Source of the DNA: Catajapyx aquilonaris
Lineage: Eukaryota
Direction: 5' to 3'
DNA length: 64,000 nt
Assembly (NCBI GenBank): GCA_000934665.2
Contig: KZ538100.1
Location: 1 to 64,000 of the forward strand
In this document: piece by piece, positions 15,401 to 26,700 of the stretch
Numbering within the stretch: position 1 is the first letter of the stretch
How the letters are laid out: every line of letters starts with the position of its first letter
Made by a program: the position numbers and the translations under genes
Notes under the pieces: generated by a model
Seen by the model: only the letters and a program-made list of their open reading frames with translations
Databases searched by the model: none
Told to the model about the DNA's origin: nothing

Positions 15401-17750
15401 GGGAGGCTGCACTTCCTTCCTTCCGAGCTGTAGTTTCGCCGCAGCTCATTACCAATTATTGACTCTCCGGCGGCGAATAAATAAGGCTTTGAAAATGGCG
15501 AGCCGGCTTTGTGCGGATCGGATGGCCCATTTAGCCTGCCGCCGGGCCTATAATTTTCAAGGGCTGCCTGCCTGCCTAGCTCGGGGAAAAGAGAAAACAA
15601 ACGATCGCTGCCCAAATGCCTTCCTGTTGCTCTACAGTCTACACGATCGTTCTGCATGCTACGCGCCCTGTTGCCAACTCTCTTTTACATTGCCCCCCCT
15701 TCACTACATCATCATCATGGCCTGGTTGGTTGGCCCTCCTATAAAACGATTCCCGGCTCGCACATGTCCCCCACCAATACATTTATCATGAGAGAGCACA
15801 CGAAAAAAGGTCTTCTCTATAGGAGCCAAATTTGGCAACCTGGCTGAGGCTGCAGGTACTACAGTACATTCAAAGGTGAACAGTGACCTGTGTGTGTGTG
15901 TGTGAATGCTAATCAATCCGTCGCTTTGACTGTCGCAAACACCAGCCCGTCCAGGGGCGTGTCTGTTGTACACTAGTCATCTAAAGGTCCGTTCATGCAC
16001 ACGCCAGCCATGAAAGAAAAGCTCATCATTTTTGTAATGGATGTGCGGTAAAAATAATTTTCTCGAATTGCTTGGTAAATTGTATGCACACAAATTGGCA
16101 TCGTGGCGGTCAGTTGTATAGTGTAGTATAGCAACTCTCCCGACTGGCTATTTCTTGATCCGAGGTGCAGCTCGACGCACTTATCACATTAGTAGAGTAC
16201 AGCATGATAGAGTCTGTTTCGCGTAGTGCAAGTTTAATCAGCGTGGTTGGCTTGGCAGGAATGTTTGCTTCTGCATGCTGCGCCGGCTCATATTCAATAA
16301 TGGAATAAGGTTGGTTTGGTAGGCTGCCTCAACTCGTCTGCAGGAATGAATAACCGGGGGAATCTAATCACGCTCAAAGCAATGCATCGATTATCTAGCA
16401 GCACGCAAAGGTCCTGCGCCTTATAGAGAGAGAGATGAGTACTTTTTTTTTTCAAGTAAATCTGGCGGACTCGCGCCTTTCATTGTGCGGTTTCTGCAGC
16501 AGCATCAGCCCTTATCCGGAACAATAGGCAGCTTTTGGGAATACAAATTGCAAATCCTAATCACCTGCTTAAGCGAGCTTTTTAAATCGGGCCCCCCTCC
16601 TCTTTTCCCCCCATCACACTATTATGGCTTATGAATCTTTGGCATGAGGAGGGGAGGCTTTTTATCCGCGCTTGAAACGGTTGTCGAGGTGGCTCGCCGT
16701 CGGCTTATTGCGACTGACGACGTCGTCTCGTCGCGTCGAGGGGGGGAGGAAGCCTCGGGCTGACGTCTGCTCGGATCAGCACGAGTTTCCCAGCTCATTC
16801 GCAATGACTCATTTCCACCCTCCCCCCTTTTCCCTCGATGATGACCCTTCGTCCCTGCCATTGATTGCTCTGGGAAGCCATTCCAGGAAGGGTATGCTTC
16901 CCTTCCCCTCTCCCACCTAACCTCACTGGATAAAAGGGGAGGGGAAGGGACAGGCTCGGATTTTCCACTTGCGTTTTGGCCAGGGATCAATTGCAGGAAA
17001 TCATGGGACGTGCCGCCACGTCCTGCTGCCTTTCACCTTACACACCTCTCCGCACTTATATATTATTATTCTTATATATACGCCAGGGGAGTTCAAAGCC
17101 ACGGAAACTCCTGGGGGACTAGTCTCTCTGGACATGAGTCTGTCATTAATTGAGGTTGTTGACACGTGTCGATCTATACTGTGTTTCAACATGGCTCTAA
17201 TTTGGCTTCTTACAACTGGCTCTTAGAAGTAGCGTCAAATTAAGGCCCATTTTGTGGCCGCCATAATTTGAGCACGTTTAGCTTATGATGTTTCCCAGGT
17301 GAGGCCATCCGGATCCAGTTTCCGCGAAATGTTTTGCAAGGTGCGTCTGCCCGGAATGGCCAGGCCCAGGCCATTATACACGTGCGCAACTTTATAATTA
17401 AATCCGCACCAGTTATTCGAAAGGGGGGGCGGGGAGGAAAAACAACATTATTTTTCCTCTTCCGAAAAAGATCTCTCTCGTGTTTACCTGGGAGCGGCCA
17501 CAAAGCTTAACTCGTGCATGAAAATTGCGCCCTTACCCTGGTTTGTCCATACACGAATGAACATGTGCAAATTGATGCGACTCAAACATGCTGGTATTTT
17601 GAATGCGAAATAGTACTGTATCGTTATTGACAAATTTTTGCCCCTACTGCTATGTTCTTGGAAAGTGTAGTGTGTGTAAAATTATATGGAAGAGGATATA
17701 ACACAAACTACAGGGTGACCCTAAAGTCTGGACACGTAGGTGAACTTGAT

Positions 17751-17781
17751 GAGGTACCGAGTTCGACCCCCGGATCGGACA
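17751..17781 (+). other. tRNA 3'-half-like fragment (B-box/T-arm), possible tRNA-derived SINE remnant
   Basis: gaggtaccgaGTTCGAcccccggatcggaca: variable-loop-like gaggta, T-arm ccgag/cccgg with one mismatch around a TTCGA loop. No convincing D-arm or anticodon arm. Confidence 0.3.
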
Positions 17782-18688
17782 AGGGATTTTCTGAAGTGCA
17801 GCTTCCTTCCGGGGGCATAAATCCCCGGCATATATATATTTTTAAAGAATCTGCTCCGGTCTCTTATCTCTCTTTGGAGCAGAGAAGGAAGAGGTGCAAG
17901 TAACCTGTATGGCTCTCTGTTTACAAGAGACGGCCACTCCAGGCTAAATCAATAACATTCTGGTCTGGTCCTAGTCCCCCCCACCTCTTCTTCCTCAACC
18001 TCCTTTTGCTTTGCTTGCTTGCTTGCTTGCTTGCTTGCTGGAAATAAGGCCCGGCAGCAGCCTCTTATCTGTGGTGGAGTACGGGAAGTTGCAGCTCATA
18101 TTTTCAGAGGCGGCAGGGAGAGAGTTTGTGAGAGAGCAAAATGTTGGGGAGGGAGAGAGAGAGAGGGTAGAGGGGGGCCTTTTCCCTCGCTTTTGGATCG
18201 AAGAAGAGCCCCCTCCCACCCACCATCCCACCCCGGCTGCTGCCAGCGCCTCGGGGAAACGGCTTCATTTGACTGCTGCGGAGCGCTCCAGCTCTCTAAT
18301 GGTGTATGAGCCTACTACTGTATATACCCCACCCATTTGACTGCACCCCTACATCAAACTCACTTTACTGCTTCTAAAGCGGTTTTGCCACGCCGTCTCT
18401 CCCTGGAAAAACAAGTGTCGCTCTTTGATTGGCTCAAACAAACAAGCTTCTCTCGCTGGCCTGGAAAAAAAAGGGGGGGGGGGAGGAAAATGGCCATTCT
18501 CAACAGCTACTACAGCTTGTTTGCGCTGCCTGGTTGCTGCTCACTTGCCCACACCGGATACTGCTTTACTTTCTGACACACTTTACCCGACCATTTGCGA
18601 CAATGTCTCGGTGGCTCAGAAGGCCGCCAGTCTGCAAGTCCACATGTGTATTGGAGAGATATGTCGATATTATTTATTGGAAACAGAT

Positions 18689-18822
18689 TTCTCCTAATAG
18701 GCTTATTTTCTCCGTCGAATGTTTGTCCGGATAGTTTCTCGCACGACCTGATTGTGGCAGGAGTGTGCAGAGGGAATATGCGCCATCTCTGCGTGAAGAG
18801 TAGTACTAAGAGGTAAATCGGC
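18689..18822 (+). repeat. Dispersed ~140-bp repeat family, copy A
   Basis: Shares tttgtccg...cgcacgac..gtggcaggagtgtgca..ggga..atg..ccatct.tgcgtgaaga.ta.tacta...ggtaaat with 22070-22211 and, inverted, 40401-40533. Confidence 0.8.
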
Positions 18823-18840
18823 GGGCCATTTATTAACTTA

Positions 18841-18902
18841 TAGTGGAATTTTCGTCCCACTGCTACGTTAGCAGTAACTAGCAGTGGGACGAAAATTCAC
18901 CC
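18841..18902. mobile_element. Mini hairpin element (MITE-like, possibly PIF/Harbinger-derived), copy 1
   Basis: Perfect 20-bp inverted repeat gaattttcgtcccactgcta (18846-18865) / tagcagtgggacgaaaattc (18879-18898), flanked by TTA at 18838-40 and 18903-05. A second copy lies at ~23.7 kb. Confidence 0.6.
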
Positions 18903-21900
18903 TTACTTTTTAATAAGCTTCCAGCATGGAGCCCTTTCCAGAGCAGAGGTGTGACCTAGGCGTGCTCTACCCGATTATGTCATTGAATAGTCGCGGAGGC
19001 CATCAAATATCTGGTGAGAAATGGTGCCTTAAGCCAGTTGGTATCACCTCCCGGGTCAATTAGGAGTGTGGTGGGACCCACAGGGAGGGGGTGTGGGCGA
19101 TAAGAGAGTGTCGTAGGAAATGGGTGTGCTAACTCTGATTAAGACGAGCCGAAATCACATTGGCCGGCACTAGGAGACGCATAATTATTTCCAGGCCTTA
19201 ACGCGATGATGGGCTCCATTTGGGCCCTGCTTCTCTTACATATATAGTGCAGTGGGGGAGGATGACGTGAGATAAATGCGTCCTTATCGCCTGGCAGAGC
19301 TTGGGAATCCTAGCCAGCCAGTAGTATATAGTGATGGAGGAAAAGAGAGATGACAGGCACTCCCAGGGTCATCCCTTATTCCTACCCTGTTCCGGAGGGG
19401 AAGTCAAGGAGCAATGATCACTTCTCGCTCCCGAGGAGATGGGGGGAGAGAGAGAGACACCAAATGTATGGCCCGGGGGCCGACTTGGAACAATCGACGC
19501 GATGGGCATTCAACTCGAAGAGGGAGCAAATCACACTTCGTAAATACTCCAATCCTATCTTAGCACTTTGCGAATTTTGAACTCGCAATTTTTCCTAGCA
19601 GAGAAGTACTTGACGCGAATAAACTGCGACCCAAGGACTCTCCGATTTGCATAAGTCCGAATCTTTTTGGATATCCACACGCCAGAAAGTAGTGGCCCCC
19701 ATGCCGGGGCTCCTCACAACAAAACGTGCCGTTTGTGTAGCGCTGCAGCTACCGCATGGGCTGCCCATGATAATTAGGCATTCGAATTACATGTACCAGC
19801 AATGTTTCTTCGAGAAAGCCATAGATACCGGGGACTAATTTTGCGGCGTCTCACCCCCTCGCGCGTATGTATATCCAAAAATGGTTCAGACTTATGTGAA
19901 TCGGAGAGTAATAAGGGTGCTGTCTAGTTCCCAGGTGGGAGTGATCCTGAAGTACTTTGCGTGATCCCCGGCTAACAATTTTTCCGGGGAACCAAGATCG
20001 TTTCCTGGCCTGCCTCCCCCTCGGAACAGATTGAAGCGTCGACGTCGTGGGCGTCTCTACGCTGCACAGTCCATCACGGCCAAGTTGGGTAATCCGCCAT
20101 CTAGTTTGGGTGGGGATTTCCTCTTGGGGGAAAGAAAAGAAGAAGCTCCTCTTCTTCCTTCGACACCAGAATTGATTGCCCATAGGCGATTGTGCCGAGG
20201 GAAAAAGATGATCGATCACGTCAAGTCGGCAACTGCCAAAGAGGGGGCTCTGGCAATCCGGTGCTTGCTGGGTAATTACGCCAATCGACAAGCATCCTGT
20301 CGCCATTTTACACCCGCCTAAATCTTCCGGGGAGAAAAAGAATTCTCTCTGTGAGGAATGGGGTTGTTCGGAGGGGGAGGGCCTTTGTTTACAAGCCCTG
20401 AAAGAAGAGAGAGAGAGAGAGAAAAAGGGAGATGGGTTGGTTCTTTTTCTTTGGAAGATGGGGCCGTTGGGTTGGTTGGAAGAAGGAAGAAGATGTATTG
20501 ATTCCCGGATTGGAGTGGGGGAGGGTTCGACTCGCAGCCGTCACGAACCTATTAGGACTCCGTTGGGCGCGACAGCCTGTCGTGTGACCCACTTGCTGCT
20601 GCTCAGCTTCAGCATATATACTCCATCCAGCCAAAAGAGCACCCTGCTGCAAGCTGAGGAAGATTCTTCGAGGTCGCAATCAGCTATGGCGACAAAATCC
20701 GGTGCTGTCAGAGCCAAACACCCAGGCGCAACCAGTCCTGCTAATTATCCGGGGTGGGGATGATGAAAAGCGGCCAATTAACAGCATGCGGAATAGGGGG
20801 ACGCCCGGGCCCTTATGGCGATTAGAACTCCTCCCGACCATCAGCGATTTGAATGCACTGGCCTGATCGCTGATGGCCAGTCGCGCGCATCCGGATGTCA
20901 AATTCGGGCCCAATCCGGATCAGGAATTTTTGACGGTGCGCGGAAATATTTGTCGACAAAGGTGTATGGAAGTTGCAATTTCAATCTCTTTCGGAGCGGT
21001 CCACATTTTTATCTCTTAGGACCATGATAAAGCTCAGAACTAGTTGGTTGATCCACGATAATTCGCGTTATTTTGACAAATGTACATCATAGGTGACAAA
21101 ATGGTTAACTCGAGCGCTTTCCGCACTTATTTTTTATATTGTTTCGACGGAATATGCAAGTTCCGTGCAGTGAAAACGATGATGACTCGTCGTCTGAATC
21201 TGTTGAAATCAGACAAATGCAGCAGCAGTGACCTTTTGGGAGAGCGAATAAGAAGCGTCGTCGTCGTCGTCGACGTCGTCTCCCTCCTTTTCCTTTCCCA
21301 TCCCCCCCCCTTTTTCACTGCAAAGAAGATTCTGCATTAATCAATCACCATCCTGCCTCAAATTGCTTTTCCCCGTCTCTGAGAAGAAAACTTTACGCTT
21401 GCCGGGAGGGAAATAGAGCCGATTATTATTGGTCTGGAATGATCGATAATGGAAATTTAGCAGGCTTTATTTCACTGAGTCGTTTGGAGAGGGTGGTTAT
21501 AGGACTGCCAGGGAATATACAGTATATAGAGAGGAAGGACGAAGACGACGCGTAATGGGAACGAGGAATAATGAAAGAGGGGGGGGGTTAAAAAACATTG
21601 CATGTGCTCAGCTTGCGTCGATTCATGAATTGGGGAAAGTCGAGTAATGACTATACGCCTTCCAAATCTTGGTCCCAGTTAATGGCATTTTGATTTCTCA
21701 TCGGCATAAAACGCAGCTATACACATCGGCGGCAAGTCAACTTTGCTGATGGCCCCCCCGGTTTTGATGAGGTTCCCACCAGCAATTAGCGGGTTTAGAG
21801 AGGAGGGAGCGCATTCGTTTAGTTTAATCAAATACAATTGTTCATTACAGCCTGACAGTTGTGCCTATATACATCAGCGGAATATTAAAACAATATCGTA

Positions 21901-22069
21901 GGATGTAAACAAAACGCCGTATTGATCAGACGCTAACAAACTGTTGCTGCTCCAATACTCGGTGGATTGGATTTCATTTGAAAATAAAAGACGTCTTCTG
22001 CGACGTTTCTATTTTACTGTCAGGAGCATTTCGTAAACGATAATATTGTTGCGTCAAAAGTCGGCGATC

Positions 22070-22211
22070 TTTCTAATCCGCTTATGCTCTTCGTCGGATA
22101 TTTGTCCGACCTGATAGTACGAGTATCTCCCGCACGACTTGAGTGGCAGGAGTGTGCAAGGGAAGGATGGACCATCTGTGCGTGAAGAATAATACTAGGT
22201 GGTAAATAGGC
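22070..22211 (+). repeat. Dispersed ~140-bp repeat family, copy B (about 100 bp upstream of the homeobox exon)
   Basis: tttgtccgacctgatagtacgagtatctcccgcacgacttgagtggcaggagtgtgcaagggaaggatggaccatctgtgcgtgaagaataatactaggtggtaaataggc aligns along its length with copies A and C. Confidence 0.85.
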
Positions 22212-22274
22212 CTCCAGCGAGGTATTCTCATGTCGGACAAACGGCTTCATTAGTAGTTGTATACTCGGCAGCAT

Positions 22275-22315
22275 TTTTAATGTTTTTTTCTTGTCTCTTT
22301 TCCGTGTACGATCAG
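22275..22315 (+). other. Splice acceptor (polypyrimidine tract + CAG) of the homeobox exon
   Basis: tttttaatgtttttttcttgtctcttttccgtgtacgatcag lies immediately before the coding-like sequence begins. Confidence 0.8.
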
Positions 22316-22587
22316 ACGTGTCGTCGTCTCACGGAGGCAGCAAGGCGTCTAAACGCAAGAAGGAGAGCATCAAGGCGGAGGTTCAGTCTGCGGCGTCTGC
22401 TGCGTCTGCGGCGGATGGCAGCGGCAGTGGTACGGAAAGCGGCGGAGAGAAGAAGAAGAAGAAGGCCAGGACCACCTTCACCGGCCGACAGATCTTCGAG
22501 CTGGAAAAGCAGTTCGAGATCAAGAAGTACCTGTCGTCCAGCGAGAGGGCCGAGATGGCCAAGCTGCTCAACGTCACCGAGACCCAG
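22316..22587 (+). CDS. NK7: Internal coding exon of an NK-class (NK7 family, Drosophila NK7.1-like) homeobox gene; Ser/Ala/Gly-rich linker plus homeodomain residues 1-44
   Basis: Translates to (D)[90 protein letters not shown]. Homeodomain landmarks R5, F8, L16, F20, Y25, L26, R31 are in register (residue 1 = 22456). The motif [16 protein letters not shown]...KKYLS..ER.EMAKLL.VTETQ matches my recollection of NK7-family homeodomains. Third codon positions are strongly G/C-biased. A pyrimidine tract plus CAG acceptor ends at 22315 (phase 1), and a CAG|GTCAGA donor follows 22587 (phase 0). Confidence 0.92.
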
Positions 22588-22593
22588 GTCAGA
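22588..22593 (+). other. Splice donor GTCAGA opening the intron between homeodomain codons 44 and 45
   Basis: CAG|GTCAGA. Homeodomain similarity is lost right after it, and the 44/45 position is a widespread intron site in ANTP-class homeobox genes. Confidence 0.88.
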
Positions 22594-23718
22594 ACACTCT
22601 TACCTTATACACATTTCTGGGTGGTCAGTCCCCCGAAAAATATGGTCCTTCCCCTTTTTGTGCAGTTGACGACTGGAGAGTCCTCCCTTCTGGGTGTAAA
22701 CACGGCTTATGTTCCCCTCGCGTGCTCCTGCCTTGATTACTTCCTCACGCGGACAAACAACCGGGGAAGTGACTCTCCTACTTATTTGCTCTCTCATCCG
22801 TCCAGCTTATACCTCCCACATTGGCTCGGGGTCATCTCGGGAGACGACCACCCAGATCACATCCCACTTTCAACATTTAAACGAAATTCGAATTTTAACT
22901 ACAATTTGTGCCATACGAGCAGTGCGTAAAAAAGAGTTAAGCGATAGATATCTCGTTCTGCAAGCAACGACGCGTGACTGGGTGCAAAGTCTTGTTGACA
23001 TTTCTGCCGATTGAGTCATTTGCGATATATATTCAAATCTATAGGTTGATTGGGTTGGCCTCGGGAAACTGATTATTAGCTTGTTTTGCGGCGCTGATTG
23101 TACTGTGGTGGTGGTGGTGGGGGGCGAATCGGATGATGAATTGTTAACGCGGTGTGGCAAATGGTCCGACGGTGTGCACTCGGATTTGATTAGAAGTCCC
23201 GGCGCGCAGCTTTGGTGATAGCGCGTCTTTTTTTGGGCTTAAAAAAGGAAGTTGTATAAGTTGGGAATGGAATATGTAGGGCGACAGCAGAGAGAGGTCT
23301 ATATTAAACGAGGAAAGGAACTAGAGAAGCAAGCGCGTGCTTCGCTTGCAGGCTTTTGGGAGGAACTGGGAGGGGGGGAGAGAGAAGATTCATTCTGGTG
23401 GGCGCGTGATGACGGCGGGGAGCAATTAAAAGCCGTAATTTTCTTTCCGCGTAGTCCCATCAGCGACCGGCAGAACGAGATGATGCACATTAGGGCCTCG
23501 CCTGTCTGGCAATTAAGTGCCGAGGAGATTGAGATGACACCGCTTTCCCAGGGAGGGAGGGAGGGAGGGAGGGAGGAGAGCGAGAGGCTGCACCAACACT
23601 CATCATACCTATAGCCTCTATATACACCAAATGGCTGCTGCAGAGAAACTCTCGCTGCTGTCTATATGCACGCTCTACATAACCATGATGCCAAGAAATG
23701 CCTGGCTAAAAGACACTC

Positions 23719-23795
23719 GGTAAGATTTTCGTCCCACTGCTAGATAATGCTAAGTTAAGCATTATCTATATAGCCGTGGGACGAAAATTCCACCC
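23719..23795. mobile_element. Mini hairpin element, copy 2
   Basis: attttcgtcccactgcta (23725-23742) ... tagccgtgggacgaaaat (23771-23788), the same arms as copy 1, enclosing a different inner palindrome tagataatgct-aagtta-agcattatcta. Confidence 0.6.
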
Positions 23796-26700
23796 ACAGG
23801 CTGATTTTATTTATACTGTCGATTTTTGTAAGAAAACGAAAGGCTAATTTGGGCATCATATCGTAGGCGAGGTTTATTCCGCATCGGCGGGACAAAAGCG
23901 CCGGAAGTTTCTTTCACATATTTGGCTTTACGCCTTTATCACTCCTGAATTCTTCTTGAAAAGAGCCCCTTCCTGGAATATGCATCCTATAGACGGCATT
24001 TACTCATGCTGTAAGTACAATAGTCTCTCACTGGCGAGGTGTAGGTTGTGCCCACGAGGACAACCCGCATGTTTCTGTCGTGTGCTTGGATGCATAAGCC
24101 CCAGGATGCAGAGTCTCGGAGAAAAGGGGCCTGCTGCCTAATCCTTAACGAGATGAGGCCCCCCTCGCTTTTTTGATGGTGTCCATCAGTGTGTGAGTCA
24201 CAAGTCGCGTGCAGCAGACTCTGATCCTGAAAATAGGGATGCTGAGCCAGGGGGTCCCTGTATACCCTCCGGTTGGAACCCCACCGAATGGGGTTTTTTT
24301 TTGGTGGGTCGGAGGCTGAATGGGAGCAGCTCTTGCGTGACGTCACAGCATCCTTATCGCCCCGTGGCAGAGACCCGCAGGAGATTGTGGTGTTGGGTCT
24401 CTTTCCCTCTCTCCAGGAGCGGTGGCAAGCAATCCCCAGCATCCAGGAGAGGCTGCGATGCACACACACTCTCATTCCCAAATGCTTGCTGGTCAGATAA
24501 GCTGACCCCAAAGGCCGGACCTACTCGATCCCCCCCATGTTCACAAAGGAATATTAATGGAGCCGGATTAATTAGAAAGACCAAAGCCAATTGGACATGT
24601 CGCTATTTTGCAGCGCAATATGTAGTATAACACAGGGTGCTTCAAAAATTAATCTGAGATATCCTTGGCCCTTTTCGCTTAAAAGATAGTACCGTTCGGT
24701 TTTAATTGATCTAGTGGGAGTATAGGCAGCCTCTGAGGCTGTATCAGCAACTGGTTGACTATAATCCCAACCACCTGACAAGCAGATTCGCAGACCGAAT
24801 GACAGCTCTACATAAAGTGTGATCGGATGCAGGCCAGCTTGCAGGAGAGGTTTGGCCGAATCATAATGAAACGGCCCGGTATATATCCGGTGTGGGCTAT
24901 CTATAGCTAGGCTGCTGGTTAGGGACCTGCTCGTCCATCACCAACCGGGATTTAGTTGGTGGGTGAGCCCCTCACTCTCTATATATTATTCTCTCTCTCT
25001 GAAACCGGGGGCCCGTCCCGATAACGAGCGGGGGCCAATCTCTTAGGTGGACTGACGCCGCTAATATCGCGGTCGACCCGGACTATTGATAAGGACCCAG
25101 GGAAAAGGGGGATGCTGCAGCTTCATGGCCTCCCCTTTTCCTCTATAGATGACCGTCTCCATGAAAAGAAATGGGAGTTTGGGGATCAGGGAGGGATTTC
25201 CGGGGGCCTCTCTGCCTTCCGAATTCGGTCTCCGGAGGGGGGGAAATTCTCCTCTTCCTGTCAACCCCACGCTAACCTGCTGTTGACCTGTCGCCAATCG
25301 GTCCCCGACACTCATTTACTCCTCATTTTGAGTCTGATCAAAACGCAACATGTCCAATCCCGGAACAAGTTATTTTCGATTTTAGAGGCACCTCGCGCCG
25401 TTTGTATATATGAAAACCGTTTTGTTTCAGTTTTCCAGCCGGGAATTCCGCTGAATGGAAAAGCAGCGTGGCAAAAGTTGAACACGTGCATGCATATATC
25501 GAGCGCCCCCTCGTATACACTATACACACATCACACTATATAGTAGACCGCCTTCCATCCCTTTCCCCCCCCCCTCCCCCAACCCAACCAATTCCNNNNN
25601 NNNNNNNNNNNNNNNNNNNNNNNNNNNNNNNNNNNNNNNNNNNNNNNNNNNNNNNNNNNNNNNNNNNNNNNNNNNNNNNNNNNNNNNNNNNNNNNNNNNN
25701 NNNNNNNNNNNNNNNNNNNNNNNNNNNNNNNCTTCTCTCTCTATACTCTCTGCATCATGGACGCAGAAGCACCCGCACCCACACACCCACAGACCCGAGG
25801 AGTCGACGGTGGAAATTAATTGTTGTCGCTTGCCATTCGCCTTTTCATGCGCTCTAACTTGGATCGACACGTTCGCCTCTAATAGTAAGCATATATACGG
25901 GAGGGGAAATAAGTGACAATCAGATGGGTGGTATAATGTGGCTAATAAGTAATTTGCTCTATTTATCCTCCCCATTAAAATGGGTACATTTTTGAGCGTC
26001 GGGTGAAATGCGATGCATCTGAGGTAAACAGTCGCAGCCTATAGGAAATGAGCGTGTGCGGTTGTATGCAAAAGGAGCATTGCACACACAAGTGCTCTGC
26101 GGGCATGGGTCACCCTGACCCCCCCCCCCCCCCTTTTTTTTTTNNNNNNNNNNNNNNNNNNNNNNNNNNNNNNNNNNNNNNNNNNNNNNNNNNNNNNNNN
26201 NNNNNNNNNNNNNNNNNNNNNNNNNNNNNNNNNNNNNNNNNNNNNNNNNNNNNNNNNNNNNNNNNNNNNNNNNNNNNNNNNNNNNNNNNNNNNNNNNNNN
26301 NNNNNNNNNNNNNNNNNNNNNNNNNNNNNNNNNNNGGGGGGGGGGGACTGAATGGGACAGGTCTGGCTGGCTTGATGCTAACCGTGTGATGCTGTGCTCT
26401 ACTATACCATAATGGAGATGAACAGTCCGTTTGCTGGCTCCATTCTCCCTACCAGCACAGGCTTAGCGGCCAAGATTTACAGCGCAATGAGCGACGGGGC
26501 CTAATCGTGTGGTTTAGATTCACGTCACTCTATTGCATATGAAGTTGGCGGCGGTTTGCGCTGCGGGACCCAACCCCTCTACTCTACTCTATGTGTATGT
26601 ATACAGCAGAGTTGAGCAGACATGCAGATCGTCCTTGTGGGTTGTGGCTATAGGTTGGATCAAACCCGGACGAAAAAATGTGCAGGATATGTAAGCGAAT

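Noticed and set aside
15147..15791. 214-aa ORF
   Set aside because: No recognisable motif, coding bias or splice structure.
22291..22929. 212-aa ORF as a complete single-exon gene or truncated-homeodomain pseudogene
   Set aside because: It has no ATG start. Similarity is bounded by canonical splice sites, and the sequence after Q44 is intronic read-through. There are no disabling changes within the exon.
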